A stretch of DNA of 62,147 bases, the filler included, from Dicyema japonicum (lineage: Eukaryota; Animalia; Dicyemida): NCBI GenBank assembly GCA_011109175.1. It is 7 parts of 7 records of this genome, joined end to end, with 100 filler letters (N's around TTAATTAATTAA, not from the genome) between each part and the next. Parts side by side here need not be neighbours in the genome. Positions count along the whole stretch, not along the records: positions 4,847 to 29,383 come from RDEW01000143.1; 6 more parts are not named here. The stretch is one strand, 5' to 3'. The notes below the pieces were generated by a model. That model did not search any database, was not told the origin of the DNA, and saw nothing but the letters and a program-made list of their open reading frames with translations. Made by a program: the position numbers and the translations under genes. Shown in pieces: positions 9,259 through 22,279 of this stretch. The first letter of the stretch is position 1; each line of letters starts with the position of its first letter.

Positions 9259-12200
9259 AACGAAACCAAATTTATTCCACAGTAAATAAGGAGTTAGTTT
9301 AAGGATATTTAAACGTGTCCGCCTATGCGACCTGGACACTTCCGATGCATCCCGTCTCCATTTAGTCTCCTTCTATCGTTGGATCCCATCGATCCTTTTC
9401 TCTACAATATTTTGACAGTTGTTAGAATCTTGTCTTCTTCAGTACTGAGAGCATCACAAAGCCTTTTCCCCAAAGCCAACTTTATTGCCGACCTTCTGGT
9501 TTTTCCATGAGTAACATAATTATTTCTCTTTGGCGAGAAAAAACCATGCTTCGCATCCATATAGCAGCTCCGGAAGAATGATTCTCATGAAGATGAACAA
9601 GAAAGTTTCCAAGTTTAAAAACAACTTTCTTTTACATAAGAGTGCTTGAAGCGCCTTCTTCCTTCTTTGTCTAATGTCCTCCATGAAGGAACCATTCCCT
9701 TCGATTACTATCCCGAGGTAGCGCAGTAAATTTACTTTAGGAATCTCTAGTGAGTAAGGCTGCGTCTGATGCCTCCTTAGGCGACTGATTCGTAGAGAGC
9801 TGGACTTCTCCGTGGACAATCTTATCCCTCTTTTGGTGCACCAGTCCTGTACTTGTTTAATGAATGACATGATTCTTTTTTCCGAGAGAGTTGATTTCCC
9901 GGATGTATCCGTGATCAGAATATCATCAGCGTATATCAATAATCTGGTGTTTATATTCGGTGGAGTTGGAATGTCTGATAGGAATATGTTGAATAGAAAT
10001 GAACTCAAGACAGAACCCTGCGGAACTCCCCTTTTCAGAATGATGTCTTTTGACATATTTGCTCCAACACGTACTTGAGAAGTCCGTCATGTTAGGAAGT
10101 CCTTTATCCACATGAAAAGTTTCTTTTGAATATGAGCAGCTGCTAGCCTTGATAGGAGTGCTTCGTGGCACACACTATCAAAAGCCTTGGACAGATCCAA
10201 ACATACCAGGTTAACTAGTCTTTTGAATTCCAGACCTCTCATTACCATTGAATGCATCTGGTAGATGCAGTCCGTGCATGGATTTCCAGGTCTGAAGCCA
10301 CATTGTTCTGCGAGGAGGAAACCACTTTCTTCTATGTGGTCGTTTAGCCTTCTGAAAATAATTCGTTCGATAATCTTGGAGATCAAACAGATGAGGCTTA
10401 TTGGCCTATAGCTGAGTGGGTCCCTCCTCGATTTTCCCGGTTTCAGTATCATTCTGACAATAGAAGATTTCCAGCGTTTTGGGACATGACCATGATGAAT
10501 GCTTGCATTGAATAAATTCCTCAGTATGGGAAATAGAGCCTCTGGGGCTTCCTTGAACAATCTCATGCTTAGATGGTCAAATCCAGGAGCGTTAGCCTTG
10601 CTTTTCATGATTGCAGTCATGACTTCTTCCGTAGTTATTTTTACTTCAGTATCTTTGAAATCGTCCAAAAAGTAAATTAAAATTTCACGTGAAGAATCTA
10701 ACATCTCCCTCGGAATAAGCTCCATCGGGTTGACCCCCCGAATGCTGTCCAGTTGTTTCTTAAAAATATCTGGGGCTTCTTCCATAGAACATAGTCCACC
10801 TTCTGGCTTAGTCAAGGAGAGTTTTATGTCAATCCTTCTCTGACCAGTTATTCTTTTGTAGAACTTCCAGAACGAGGGGTCTTTGTTGTTTAGTTTGCTT
10901 GCCTCTAACCTCAAACATTGTTCTTAAGATAGTCTTGTTCCTTCTTTAATGGCTTTCTTGATTATCTTCAATTGTCCGGTCAGTGCAATCCGGTCTATCC
11001 AGTCCACACATCTTCTGAGTTTGGTCCTCAGACAATTCCTTTCATTGATCAAAGATAATGTGGAACGCGAAAGACTGATGCTCTTTTCATGATTGGTACT
11101 TTGAGGATCTCCTCCTTGCGTAAAGCATTAAGTATGTCTCCATCATGATGGAGAGTTCATTGTCTATGATGTCGATATCACTTCGGGAATAATCTTTATC
11201 CTTCCAGTCTTTGAGGTTTCTTGAAATGTACCTTCTGTAGTGTTCCCAGTTTACTTTTGTTAGGTCGTAATAATGTGGAACGTGTAAACACAGAGTCCAT
11301 GGAGTCTGGAGCTAGGTTCAATTACATCTCCTGTGGTATATGGTTACTCCCGATGTCCCACATGATCATCGGCTTCTCTACATAAGTGTAGAGTAGTGGT
11401 AACACCAGGAACACCCAAACATGTCTCCCCCGTAGTGCAAGTAATGATTCGATTTTTCCGATGTCAAAATCTCAAAGCCAGTTTTATCACTCAATTTCCT
11501 CAGTCTGATTCCATCATCGATAGTACCGAGGCATCTATATTTAATGTTCTTGGCATTTAGATCACCCACTAGGATAGACATATCGTTTTTGTGAAGAATT
11601 CTTCAATTTCTGCGGAGCACTTTCTATGGTCATTTGAATACATTCCACAGACGTGTATCCAACGGCCACAGCATCTCACCTCGACGGAAACAAATTCACA
11701 GTGTGTATTCATTATAATTTTTGTCTCACGTATATGTAGAACTTCACTGTGAACAATGTGGTTCCAGTACTAGCTTCTGCACCTTCGACCCATGGAATTT
11801 CTATAGAATTGTATCCCTGTAGCATTGTGGTGTTGGTCTTTTTCACTTTGGACGATAGTAGTAGTGATAGGTCATGACGTCTTTTCTTTAAGGATCGGAC
11901 GTTTACCAGCACTATCTTCAAGTTTCTTTTCAATTTTCTTGTTGGTGGCCCGGGCTCTCCATGGCCAATGGTTCTTTCATGGAGGACATTAAACGAAGAA
12001 GGAAGAAGACGCTTCAAGCACTCTTATGTACAGGAAAGTTGTTTGTAAGCCTCGAAACCTTCCTGTTCATCTTCATGAAGATCATTCTACCAGAGCTGCT
12101 ATATGGATGCGAAGCATGGTTTTTCTCTCGCCAGATATTGCGTAAATCCACCCCGAGTGTGCTGCTTAGTTCCTTCAGTCTTGATATTATTTCCTTTAGT

Positions 12201-13282
12201 TCTTTTGTAATACTCCCTGATAACTTTTCCTTCGGTAGTCAGGCTGATTCTCGTGGAAAATGAGCAACTTCGTACATGTTAGTTCTTGCGCCAATAACCC
12301 TTTTTTGGGCTGGCGGTTCCACTTTCTTGTTTATAATATCCGTCTGTTTCTGTTCCCTGTTGTCGATTCGGGAGTTTGATTTTCGTCTAGCCTCCATGAA
12401 TACAGGGCATCTTTCGTATCTTGCGCCGTGTCTTGTTGACCCGCAGTTAGCACATTTTCGTTCAAGAGTTGGATCCGCATCACACTTGATGGTGTCGTGT
12501 TTTCCCGCGCAACGGAAGCATTTTTTCTTTTCCGTGCACTGGTATGCAAAGTGGCAGATTTGCTGACAGCTGTAGCAGATTGGTGGTCCTCTTCGTATCC
12601 ATTCACAAGAAATCTTGTTCGTCCCGATGTAGAAGCCACATCTAATTAGTGATGTAGCCTCCGACTTCATATTGATCGTGGCCTTCGCCAATGGCATGGC
12701 CTGCGATCCTCTGGTCATTCAGGTAACCTTCGCGACTGAGGGAGCCATCTCCTGAAGGTAGTCCAAGAGGTCGTCCTCTTTTACCCAGAAGGGGAGGTTC
12801 CTGAGGACAATCTCAGACGGTTTTGTTGAGATTGTCTTGAAATGGTGATTCTCATTACCAAAGGGGCAGGTCTCATTCACCGCTTCTATAAAGGTGGCCA
12901 CATGGGAGATATCCAGGAAATCCAGTCGGAAAGAGCCCGGTCCTCTGTGGCTCATCCTCATAGATCCGTATAGGTCATAGTATTGTAAAAATTTGCGATT
13001 TTAATCGCATTCATAGTAGAATTCACTGTAATCAATATAGTCCTGTTCTCTGAATAATCAGATTTCATTAGTTCATCCGTATATTTAGACATTTCCTTGG
13101 GATCGTATTTTGTAATGACATTCGCTGGTTTAACAGGTTCTGCATTATGCGAAGTCATGTTCTCTAGAGAGAATGATTCAGCAGTAGCACTTCCGGAAGA
13201 CGAGAAGAGCTTTTCACTTTAGTGGTTTTTACTGGTTTTACTACAGATCTCTTCGTGTTAGTTTTCTGAACCACTTCTGAAC
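9259..13282 (-). mobile_element. Near full-length I/Jockey-group LINE (gag-like ORF1 + APE-RT ORF2, frameshifted) with 12-bp target-site duplication
   Basis: ORF1 starts at 13158 and has three zinc knuckles (CYSCQQICHFAYQC, CFRCAGKHDTIKC, CANCGSTRHGARYERC). APE motifs: LKIVLVNVRSL, ILVGDLNAK. RT motifs: YRPISL, LDLSKAFDSVCH, GVPQGSVLS, YADD, YLGI. CAGTTCCGCAGA occurs at both 9247-9258 and 13283-13294. Confidence 0.92.
11967..12133 (+). repeat. Inverted ~170-bp copy of the LINE's own RT C-terminal segment
   Basis: Encodes NGSFMEDIKRRRKKTLQALLC...LPELLYGCEAWFF. It is the reverse-complement homolog (roughly 85% identical by eye) of 9531-9696. Confidence 0.9.
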
Positions 13283-13330
13283 CAGTTCCGCAGAGATGAC
13301 ACGCTCGCTGATAACGGCGTTACTCGTCAA
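13283..13330. repeat. Right half of ~86-bp structured element split by the LINE
   Basis: CAGTTCCGCAG...CTGATAACGGCGTTACTCGTCAA matches 48148-48191 (CAGTTCCGCAG...CTGATGACGGCGTCACTCGTCAA). Confidence 0.7.
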
Positions 13331-14654
13331 CTTAAATTTTATTTTTGTTATAATCAGGGCGATTTTTCTGACTTTATAAATACGAAATTTTGACTTAAAA
13401 ATTGCAATCTTCGTGTCCTTATTCGAGAATTTTTTTTATGATAAAAATGCACTGTTCTCGATCCTTTTTGGGGGCTTAAACTCGAGAGATATCTTGTTTG
13501 GTTGTTTGGGGACAAACAGAGAAGACCTTGTTTTAAAGGACATGTCTGTGTCTTCTGGGTTTTATGTTGTGATTTCTTCGACCCCGAATCAATATTCTCC
13601 AAGTGGCTCAGATTATTTGCGATTGGCGTTAATATCGGAGTTTGATCATCAATTTTTGGAACGACCGATTACGCTCAATATTGGTAGTTATTATTTAGCA
13701 ATTCTTTGTAAACTCAACCTAGCTCGTTTAGAAGTCAAGCTTGCTCTAGTCGCTATGATCTGACAAGTATAAACTGAGACCACTAACAAAAAGCATTTTA
13801 TATATTTGAACGTTTTGGGAATTTTTGTAATTTGGAGTCTTCCAAGTGGGATCTTGAGAGTTCTAGTGAATCTAATTGTTTTTTAATCGTACCTCGAAAC
13901 ATATAGTCGAATAAAGTCTATTTGGTTAACAAGAATTCTCATTCGACAACAAAAATTGTTATTGCTTTTTGAAAAGGAAACAATGTTTGAAAAACGATCT
14001 ACGTCGATGTTCTGATCCCCATGACCGTATACTCATGGAGCTAGAAATTATGATGATCACGCAAGAAATACGCAGATTAGAAAAAGTTAAGAAAAATAAT
14101 TTTGGATAGCTCAGTGGAGCGAATTGTATCGAAAGAAACCCAAACTTTTTGGAAATAATAAATAACCGAACGTAAACCCAGAAAAGAAATTTAAATGTTG
14201 CAATGTCATGAGAGGTCTCCTGTATGTTTGCAAGAAATTCCTAACATGTGTGGGAATGAACTCTCTAAAAAACATCTGGTTAACTTTGATGAGCGACTGT
14301 CTCGTTTGGCAGTAGCGCTCTAAAACAAAAGCTGGAAAACGTAATTATTTTTTTTCCTTAACGTCATAGCTCTATAAATAATGGAGAAGTTGAAAATGTG
14401 ATAAAATGACTAAAGACAATGCTCTGAATAGACAAGATTGCTATTTGTTTTTCAAGGAAGCACTCCAGGTACTTTATGAATATCTGGGATCTCTACGTGA
14501 GTATGATGAATTATATAAATTCGGCTTATTTCGTAACGTCAAAAATCATATTCTTTTTGTTATCTTTAATTTTTAGTTTGCCCTTTTAGTTTCTTCTCTT
14601 AAGCAGGCGCATTGCCAAGAACATCTGCGCACATTTATTTAAATTCTCCACTTC

Positions 14655-15790
14655 CTATAGCCTGGCATCCAAAACGTTTGCAACATGTTCACTGTTAAAT
14701 TTTCTGATTTTTCTCTGTATCTTAGTACGTTCCGACTGTAAAAAGCATTTCCTGTTTGTGTTCGTCATGTTTTCTAGCGATAGTCGAAAATCCTTCTTTT
14801 TTGCAGTGTGGGAACATCGGGGTGGCCTTGCTCGGTACCTCTCAATGTGTTCGTTTGCAGCCATGTGAATTCTTTCCATTGTATGCGTCCAAATGACTCC
14901 CGGTAGAAGGCCTGTCTCTATTGCTATTAAATAATATTCCATAGATGCTCGATAGATATTTTGAGTGAAGTGTGAAAAACATAATCTCTCGACTAGGTAT
15001 CTTTCCCGTATGACCTGAGATGGCTTTGTTCCTGAAGTGCGTGCATAGTGACTTGTAATATCAAACAGGGCCACGACGATCTTGTGGACGCTTTCCCGAC
15101 GGCCCTTCCGTATGAGATCGAGTCCCGTAATAGTGTTCTATTTTTTGTCGGCAAAGAATGTAATCAATCTGATTGTAAATCATACATGGCCTCCTGATTC
15201 ATTTCTTCTGCAGCTCGTCCAGGTAGTCTTATGTCATGCAGCATGCGCAAACGCAGTGTTACACAGGAATAGACCAAATGCCCGGCAGAAATTTATCAGC
15301 ACAGCCCCCGGCAAGTTCCTGATCCCTCTTCCGTGTCTTCCGATAGTCGACTCATGTTCCCGACGTACTCCTGCTTTAGCATTCCAGTCTCCGGCAATGA
15401 GGACTAGAAAAGACGATTCCAGTTCGGCATATGTCCTCGACAGCTGCATGTAGAAAGCGTCAAGTTCGTCCGAATCTTTGGCGACGCATCCATTGTGGAG
15501 TGCATAATATAATTGAGATAAGGGCCCTCGATGAGCGTTTGACCACAACCCGTATTTGAAGTATGCTGATTCTGTTGTTAACACTCTAACACCGATGTAT
15601 CCTACGAACAATTTCTTGTGCACGGCAAACTTCTGTCCATAGTGTCTTGATGACAATGATAGTAAAATGAGTCTATAGTCTCCATGTAGCTCGTCCATTC
15701 CATCCTGTACTTTTGTCGCTTGTAGGCATCCCACGTCTGCACCATATCTCCCCGGATCTGAAAATAACAGGTTTCTTCTCACTCCATGCT
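14655..15790 (-). mobile_element. RTE-clade LINE 5' fragment (AP endonuclease and linker)
   Basis: DVGCLQATK, ELDAFYMQL, LIAGDWNAKAG and IGRHGRGIRN..G..LINFC...L.LCNTAF are typical RTE APE motifs. Confidence 0.85.
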
Positions 15791-15849
15791 GATCCCTTTT
15801 ACATTGAAAAATGTTATTTTAAGCTCCTCCATAAATCTGGGATTTGTGC

Positions 15850-16160
15850 CATTTAAAAAGAGGATTTGGGGAGGCTAGACTCGTTTCACAAAAATCATCT
15901 TAGAAACATAACTGGAATGTCCTGGCCATCCAAGATCTCGCGTAGTGGACTGCACAATAAGTGTGATTGGACACCATTAAGTCACAAGATCATTAGCTCT
16001 CGTTGGAAATTTTTTGGAAGGCCGTGAAGAAAACATTGGCATCTGGTGACGATCTAGACTCACTGATAGACCTAGCTAAGAACTAAAGAGCTTGGAACAA
16101 CCTAACTAACTCTCTTATATTCTTTGCTGCACATGCGGGGCTATAGATATTATGGCTCTC
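15850..16160 (+). mobile_element. RTE-like LINE 3' end, family A
   Basis: Ends TTTGCTGCACATGCGGGGCTATA...GTGCTAATAATAA; homologous to 43030-43160 and 45720-45865. Confidence 0.7.
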
Positions 16161-16569
16161 ATAAAAGTGCTAATAATAAGCGCTTTAAGTTCGTTTCAGA
16201 CATTTTGCAATAGAGATGACGTCACCACCTCAACCTCAATTCCCTGACTGCGAATAAAATCTAAGAAACCTCTAAGAATTGAAAATTTTATTAATTTCCT
16301 TAGTTTGGGAATTAACTATTAACTCCCTTGTTCCCCCTCAATGTAGACTTGTCTACGTTCTTTCAAAATTTGTAACAGTCGAGATTCGAATCTAGATCCT
16401 AGAGTATCCGATACTTCGTATATCCAATTTTTACAAGTTGATTTTTTTTAGATAGTGAGATTAAGACATTCGTGCAGTGCATTACTACCTCAACCACACA
16501 GCAAACTAACCACTTAGCCAACTCACATTTAAGCGCATAACATTAACAAATTATTGCAACTGAATTTTT

Positions 16570-17800
16570 CCCAGGATGAAAGAGTTCACGGGCCTCCGAA
16601 TAAACTATCATCGACAAGATCTAGAAATTCGCTTATCACACATTATTGAAGAATGGAAAACCGAAGATCCTGCTTCATACAGGCTCATCTCCTTAACGTG
16701 AACACTATCCAAAATACTTTAAAAACTCGAACTCTCGGTTATTATTCTGATTCTTCTTCAACCTAGGTTTCTACATTGATTTCGTTTGGGAGATCGACCA
16801 CAACACACGGTGTCAAAAGTTATTGCTGATGGTTCTACTGCTTTTCCATCTCACATGCGTACAGCAATAGTCTCCATTGACATTGGTAAAGTATTCAACA
16901 CAGTTCTTAAAGATACACCAAAACTTAAAACTGTAGTTGGTTAACTTTTTCTCAGGAAAATGTGGAATAGTTAACTGCAACCTATCAGATAAGAATCAAG
17001 ATACTTCCAAACGGATTGTCCAGAGTTTTCCGATCACTTCGACACTTTTCAAAGTATTCCTTCATGACAAAGCAACAAACATGGATAAAGATTCCTGGTT
17101 ACTATTCTAATCATCACAAACGAAACCGTTAGACTCTAATAAACAGCTGAAAGTGCAGAGCTCAACGATTGGTAGATAGCCAACCGCCTTTCATATTGAC
17201 CACAAAGTCGACATACACTTCATTCACTTCAGAAGAACTAAAAAACCAGAAGTTTTAATCATATCTTTTCAGAAATATGTAACAAGTTATTAGCGGCGTA
17301 GGACAAGTTGTTGAATTGCACTTTTGAAATACTTTCTCACTAAAGGTCTACAAAAAGATGAACGTTGTAAGTCCACTTGTTCGGAAGACCCTTTTAAATT
17401 TGGATTACAATTGCGACAGTCTACCAGCGACGGTACTAGATTAGTTCATGTTGCGTAGAGACTCAAGCCTTGCCACAAGTAAAATGAGAAAATGACCAAT
17501 TCGAACTCGAAGATGTTAAATGTACGAAATTTCTTTAGTTCAAAGCTTTGTGTGTCCGAGTTTTCAGAGTCTTCCATTTAACGATAAGACGTCACCACCA
17601 ATACATTTTCACTATGGCCAAAGCGGTGCAGCCTGAAAAATCAACAGCAACGCCACCCTCCTATACTGTCCTGTTGCTACAAACTCCTATAGTCCATCTA
17701 ACCTTCTCCCTCTCAAGACAACTCCCAATCCATGTCCCCGTAGAATGGTTTACGGTCGTTATGGAGCATAACTACCGGACTAAAAATCACCGAAATCAAA
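16570..17800 (+). mobile_element. Heavily degraded LINE RT
   Basis: DPASYRLISLT*TLSKIL and TAIVSIDIGKVFNTV, with many stops. Confidence 0.6.
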
Positions 17801-19049
17801 TATAAAAGCAAATCTAACAAAAAACAGTAAAAGACTAATTTTCATTCAAAAAAGACTTCATTTTCACAATACTATTTTCACGGTCCCATGGAGCAACATT
17901 ATTATTGAGATCAAACGTATTCTAAATGACCACAAAGCCAACCTGAGAGGCTCTTTCCATCAACTCATTCAGTTCATTGTCAGTAAGGTCTTTATATACG
18001 TCGCTTTCATCATCACACAACAGTGCCAAGTGCTCGGAGATCTCAAAAATTGACGAAATTGAATCCTTAAGTGAGACAGAATGCTACAAATGATCGACGC
18101 ACAGAGTCGTCCATAAACTTCATAGGAATATTGTAGAAACACTCGCTAAAGTCACTCCAACCTTCCTCGGAATTGGTCTTATTCCGTTACTTAGATTAAG
18201 TACCTCGATTTTAAGGGGGAGTAAGTTTTTTTCAGATTATCATGATCTTCTTCCGTTAATTCAACCACTATGAGAATAAAAAAACCAAATTTACTTTCTT
18301 TTGTGTGATCCTCTGGGATAAATCCAAAGTACTCGTCATAATTATCTCGCATAATGAGCTCAACAAAATACTAAAAATTAAATACACTCCCGCTAATTTA
18401 TTTTAGATATTAATTATTAATTTAGAAAAAATTTATTTAAATTGTTTATAAAGATTTCAGATCGATTGCTTCTCTTTAAAGATTTCGGACAAAAACAATG
18501 GGCAAGGTTTTCTGCGTTTCTTCAATGAACCAGTAATTAAAATTTCAATTCCAATAATCTATTTTTTAAATTTTATTAATAATTGTTTCTGAAGTCACTA
18601 ATTCGGATATACGCTGCATTATGTCTTTCTATCGGCCAGTTCTCTTTCCAGTACTTATGCGAGGTCAATGTGGCATTGTTAAAGGAGCTTTGTTTTTTAA
18701 CTAACTTTTACTTTATTAAAAAAATGTAAAAAGGGTATTTATTTTAGGTTTCTTACACCAAGTCCTGCCATAGTTTGGAGTCTCCTCTGCGATCTCAGAC
18801 CACTCTTTTGGTTTATTTCATGCTGCGACATACGAGTGAAAAATAGCATCTCTCTTTTAGTCTGCAATTTTTTTCTATCACTTCTCTGATCGACAATGAT
18901 AACAGATCGTCGTCCTCATCTAACGTCTCGCCGAGCGTTTGTGTAGGGCGATCTTGATCCTTGCTCTTCGATTTTTCAACAAGCAAGATCAAACGTTCCT
19001 TGTATGCAGTGTAATAGCACTATGAGTCTTGTGAAATTTGGCTGAGGTG

Positions 19050-19620
19050 TCCTTCAGGGTTCAGTGCTCAGTCCTCTATTATTCAACATTATAATGAGTG
19101 GGTTGCCTTGCCCAGAAAACCAACGTATAGAAATCTTGATATACGCGGATGACGTCATAATTTATGATGTCTTTTTAAACCCTTTGGTATCTGAAAAAGG
19201 TTGAAGACGTACATGGACTAGATCTAACCTAAAAAACTCGATGCAAGACATATTTCGGAAGAAGACTATGAAATACCTTGGCCTCCTAATTGACGAAAGA
19301 GGTAATTTTATGAAACATGCCAAAATACAAAAAAACGCTACGAACGCTTTGTTCTGGGTTATAAAATTAAAGCTCGAGTCAGAGACCTTTGTTTATGTCT
19401 TCAACTCCGCAATACTTCCTAGAATGTTACATGGTTTAGAAGGATGGTACGACTCATAAAGGAGAAATTTAATTTTAAAGAAATTTGAGAAAACGCGTAA
19501 TTTTGACCTAAAGCTTGCTTTCGGGATAAGTCCACGTATGCAATTCCCCTATGGTTGAAAGGAAAAATGTGCAAAGTTAACGGAACTATCGAAAATCTTA
19601 TTTGAAATTTCGTAAACCGC
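19050..19620 (+). mobile_element. LINE RT C-terminal fragment related to the 9.3-13.3 kb element
   Basis: LQGSVLSPLLFNII, LIYADDV, KYLGLLIDERGNF and ILPRMLHGLEGW parallel the 9520-10056 ORF. Confidence 0.8.
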
Positions 19621-20869
19621 ATTAAAGTATCTGCTACTTACTTTCAGAGACGACCCTGTGTTTAGAGATTTCTTGGGGAGACTTATCTTTTCATAATACT
19701 TCCTTTATCACTTAATTTCCAGTGTTTACTTTATAATAACTTATTTGACTGGTGCCCACGTGATTTTCTATAGAGACACCATCCTCAAGTAGGATGAAGT
19801 CAACCAAAGACTTACAGACTCCGATCTCGTACTTCACGGAAATCACTTTTTCCTCAGTGGCATAATCATCTGACACGACATCTTTGAGAGTATCCACCAT
19901 TCTATCCATTTCTTTATAGTCCTTGTTACTTAAGGTCCAAAGAAATTCGTTGCCATTTTTAGTGACTTGGAACATGGAATTTGCTTTATCCAGTTTTCCA
20001 TTGTACATCCACGTTATATTGAGATTCCTCGGAGAATCGACCTTTTCCCTTGCATTTAACTTTAGAAAAATGACTTTGAGAGATTATCACATCCCCACTA
20101 TTGACATAAATCTTGACTGATCTCAACGTATCGAGAATAACTGGTTGATCTGCAAATTTGAATTCTAGCAACCATAAGACGAGACAGTGAAATGTTGCCT
20201 GTACTCTATTAGCGGTTCTTTATTCCTCACAGGAGTAGACAAATTCAAATATCTCTTATATGTTTGTTTGGATTTGATTTCCAGGAAGTCGGAAGTAGAA
20301 TGACACAAATTGGTGGTCTCTTTCGTACAAGATTTGGTCATAATCCTTCAAATTTATCAAACCGCATTCATTGTTGCAAAAATAAGCATGGCGAGAAAAC
20401 GAGAGAAGTATTCAGGTGTAGTTTCACATCCCTTCCGTGTGGGAAGATCGTGATTAACTCTGAGCACTGGAAAACCTCATTGATTCCACTCTATTTGAAT
20501 TTGATGAGATCATTTCCATTTATACATATATAATTGAAGGTAGAGTCATTTATACAAAATATTTGAAGTACACGTAAATCTCCACGGCAACCAGTATTGA
20601 GAGAGAGGAAATGTCCCGTGGTTCCGATTAGAATCCATTATTAGCACCAGATTATCGATATTGCGTTGCCTCTCACGATTGTAACGGAGATCAACTGGAG
20701 AACCCAACCGGTCTCACGTTCTTCGTTACTTTTAGTTTAGCTAGCATCCAAGTTTCCTTAGAAAACATAGCGATTTCACACTTATTCCTCACGTTGTCTC
20801 GACCACAATGGGATAGAACGCGAATCGGTCTCGTAGCGCTTCGTATTTCTTCTCCTTAGCCTTCATCGT

Positions 20870-21530
20870 TTTTTCCGCGACATGGAGTGTGTCTATGACT
20901 CCCCGCTTCCTATTAGAAAGACTTTTTCAATACTTGGAGTCATCCTGGATACCCTACTCACATTCACCCATCAAGTGGACCTAGTAACCGCGAGGATTCA
21001 AAAGAAAATTGGAATTCTCAAGGCTTTCACTCACTTTCCAGTATCCTCCTGCCCATCCTCCAGTATCCTCCTGCCCATCGCTAGAGCTTCTACCTAGTAT
21101 CGAGTACGCCTGTGCTGCATAGATTGGCCCTTTATTAATATCGGCACAGAGCAAGCTGGAGGTTTTACAAAATCGATGTCTAATGATTTTATTAAGATCG
21201 ACAAAATGATGATTCTATTGAATCGTTGAAAAAGACGTCCACCTCGTTACTGCGGAGAACAATAAACGTCCACCAATCGTGGAATACCTTACGGAACGTA
21301 GCTGAGACTTCCTCAAGATTGCAAAGTTTCCTGACCATCCCCTCGGACCGCACATCAGATTATATATGGACGCTTGCCCGAGAAATGAGAAGTAACCTTC
21401 CTCGCTGTGGAGATTAATCCAGGACTTCAGAACTAATAGCAGGAGAAGGACTGGTGTAAACACCGGGCTCACTAAATCAGAAGATAACATTTATCTTCTT
21501 TCTCGTGATTTCGGGGTTAATGAAATAAAT
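20870..21530 (+). mobile_element. Degenerate Jockey-like LINE 3' fragment
   Basis: ILGVILDTLLTFTHQVDLVTARIQKKIGILK, and ...IEYAC.AW-like residues downstream. Confidence 0.65.
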
Positions 21531-21559
21531 TAATTATTAAAAAACAATCTCGAGAAAAC

Positions 21560-21960
21560 ATAAAATTAGTTAAGTTTCCCTAGTGCCGTATTCCGAACCA
21601 TTCTCTCCGTTAGCTTCGACCATGATCTTCTGTTGCGCACTAATTCTCTTAGGTAGTCCAGGTCGTCCGCTATTTCCATTATAATATCAGATGCTGTCCA
21701 CACCCTTTTAAAAGTAGTGAATCAGGTTCTGATGGACTGCAAATCAGAGACCATAATGTCGGCAGGCCGACGGGAGTATAAAAAGATGGAATTTTCCAAA
21801 CAGTTCTGTTCAGTGTACGGTCGTTTTTGTCTCTTGTAGACAACACACAGAGACGTCATATTTGGTTACATCGCATACCAGTCGGTGTTTCTTGCAAGGT
21901 TAATCAAGTCCACTGCAATTGAAAGATCCCAGAGTGAACGGAGAATTCGGTAAGGAATAC
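21560..21960 (-). mobile_element. RTE-like LINE 3' end, family B
   Basis: DNA homology to 47140-47465 (opposite strand) and 49170-49290; encodes MxDDLDYLRELVRNRRSW. Confidence 0.75.
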
Positions 21961-22279
21961 GAACAAGATATACTGGAATAGTGGTGTCGTCACCACCTCA
22001 ACCAATGTATAAAATAAATAAATTTAATTAAAATTAATAATAAAATTTTTACTCGACACGTGTTTATTATTCTTGTTGGTTTATGGGTTTATTGTCAAGA
22101 GCATGGAAAGCATTTTTTATGCCATGAAATATTCAGAGTTTATAGTCAACTCAGAAGGGAACTATTTTGTTCATAATGTCGATTGTAATCAACTGTGACA
22201 AAATAAAAAAATAAATAAAATTATTCCAACGACCAAGTGTAAAACCAAATTAACTACTTCCTTGATCCTATCGTGTTCC

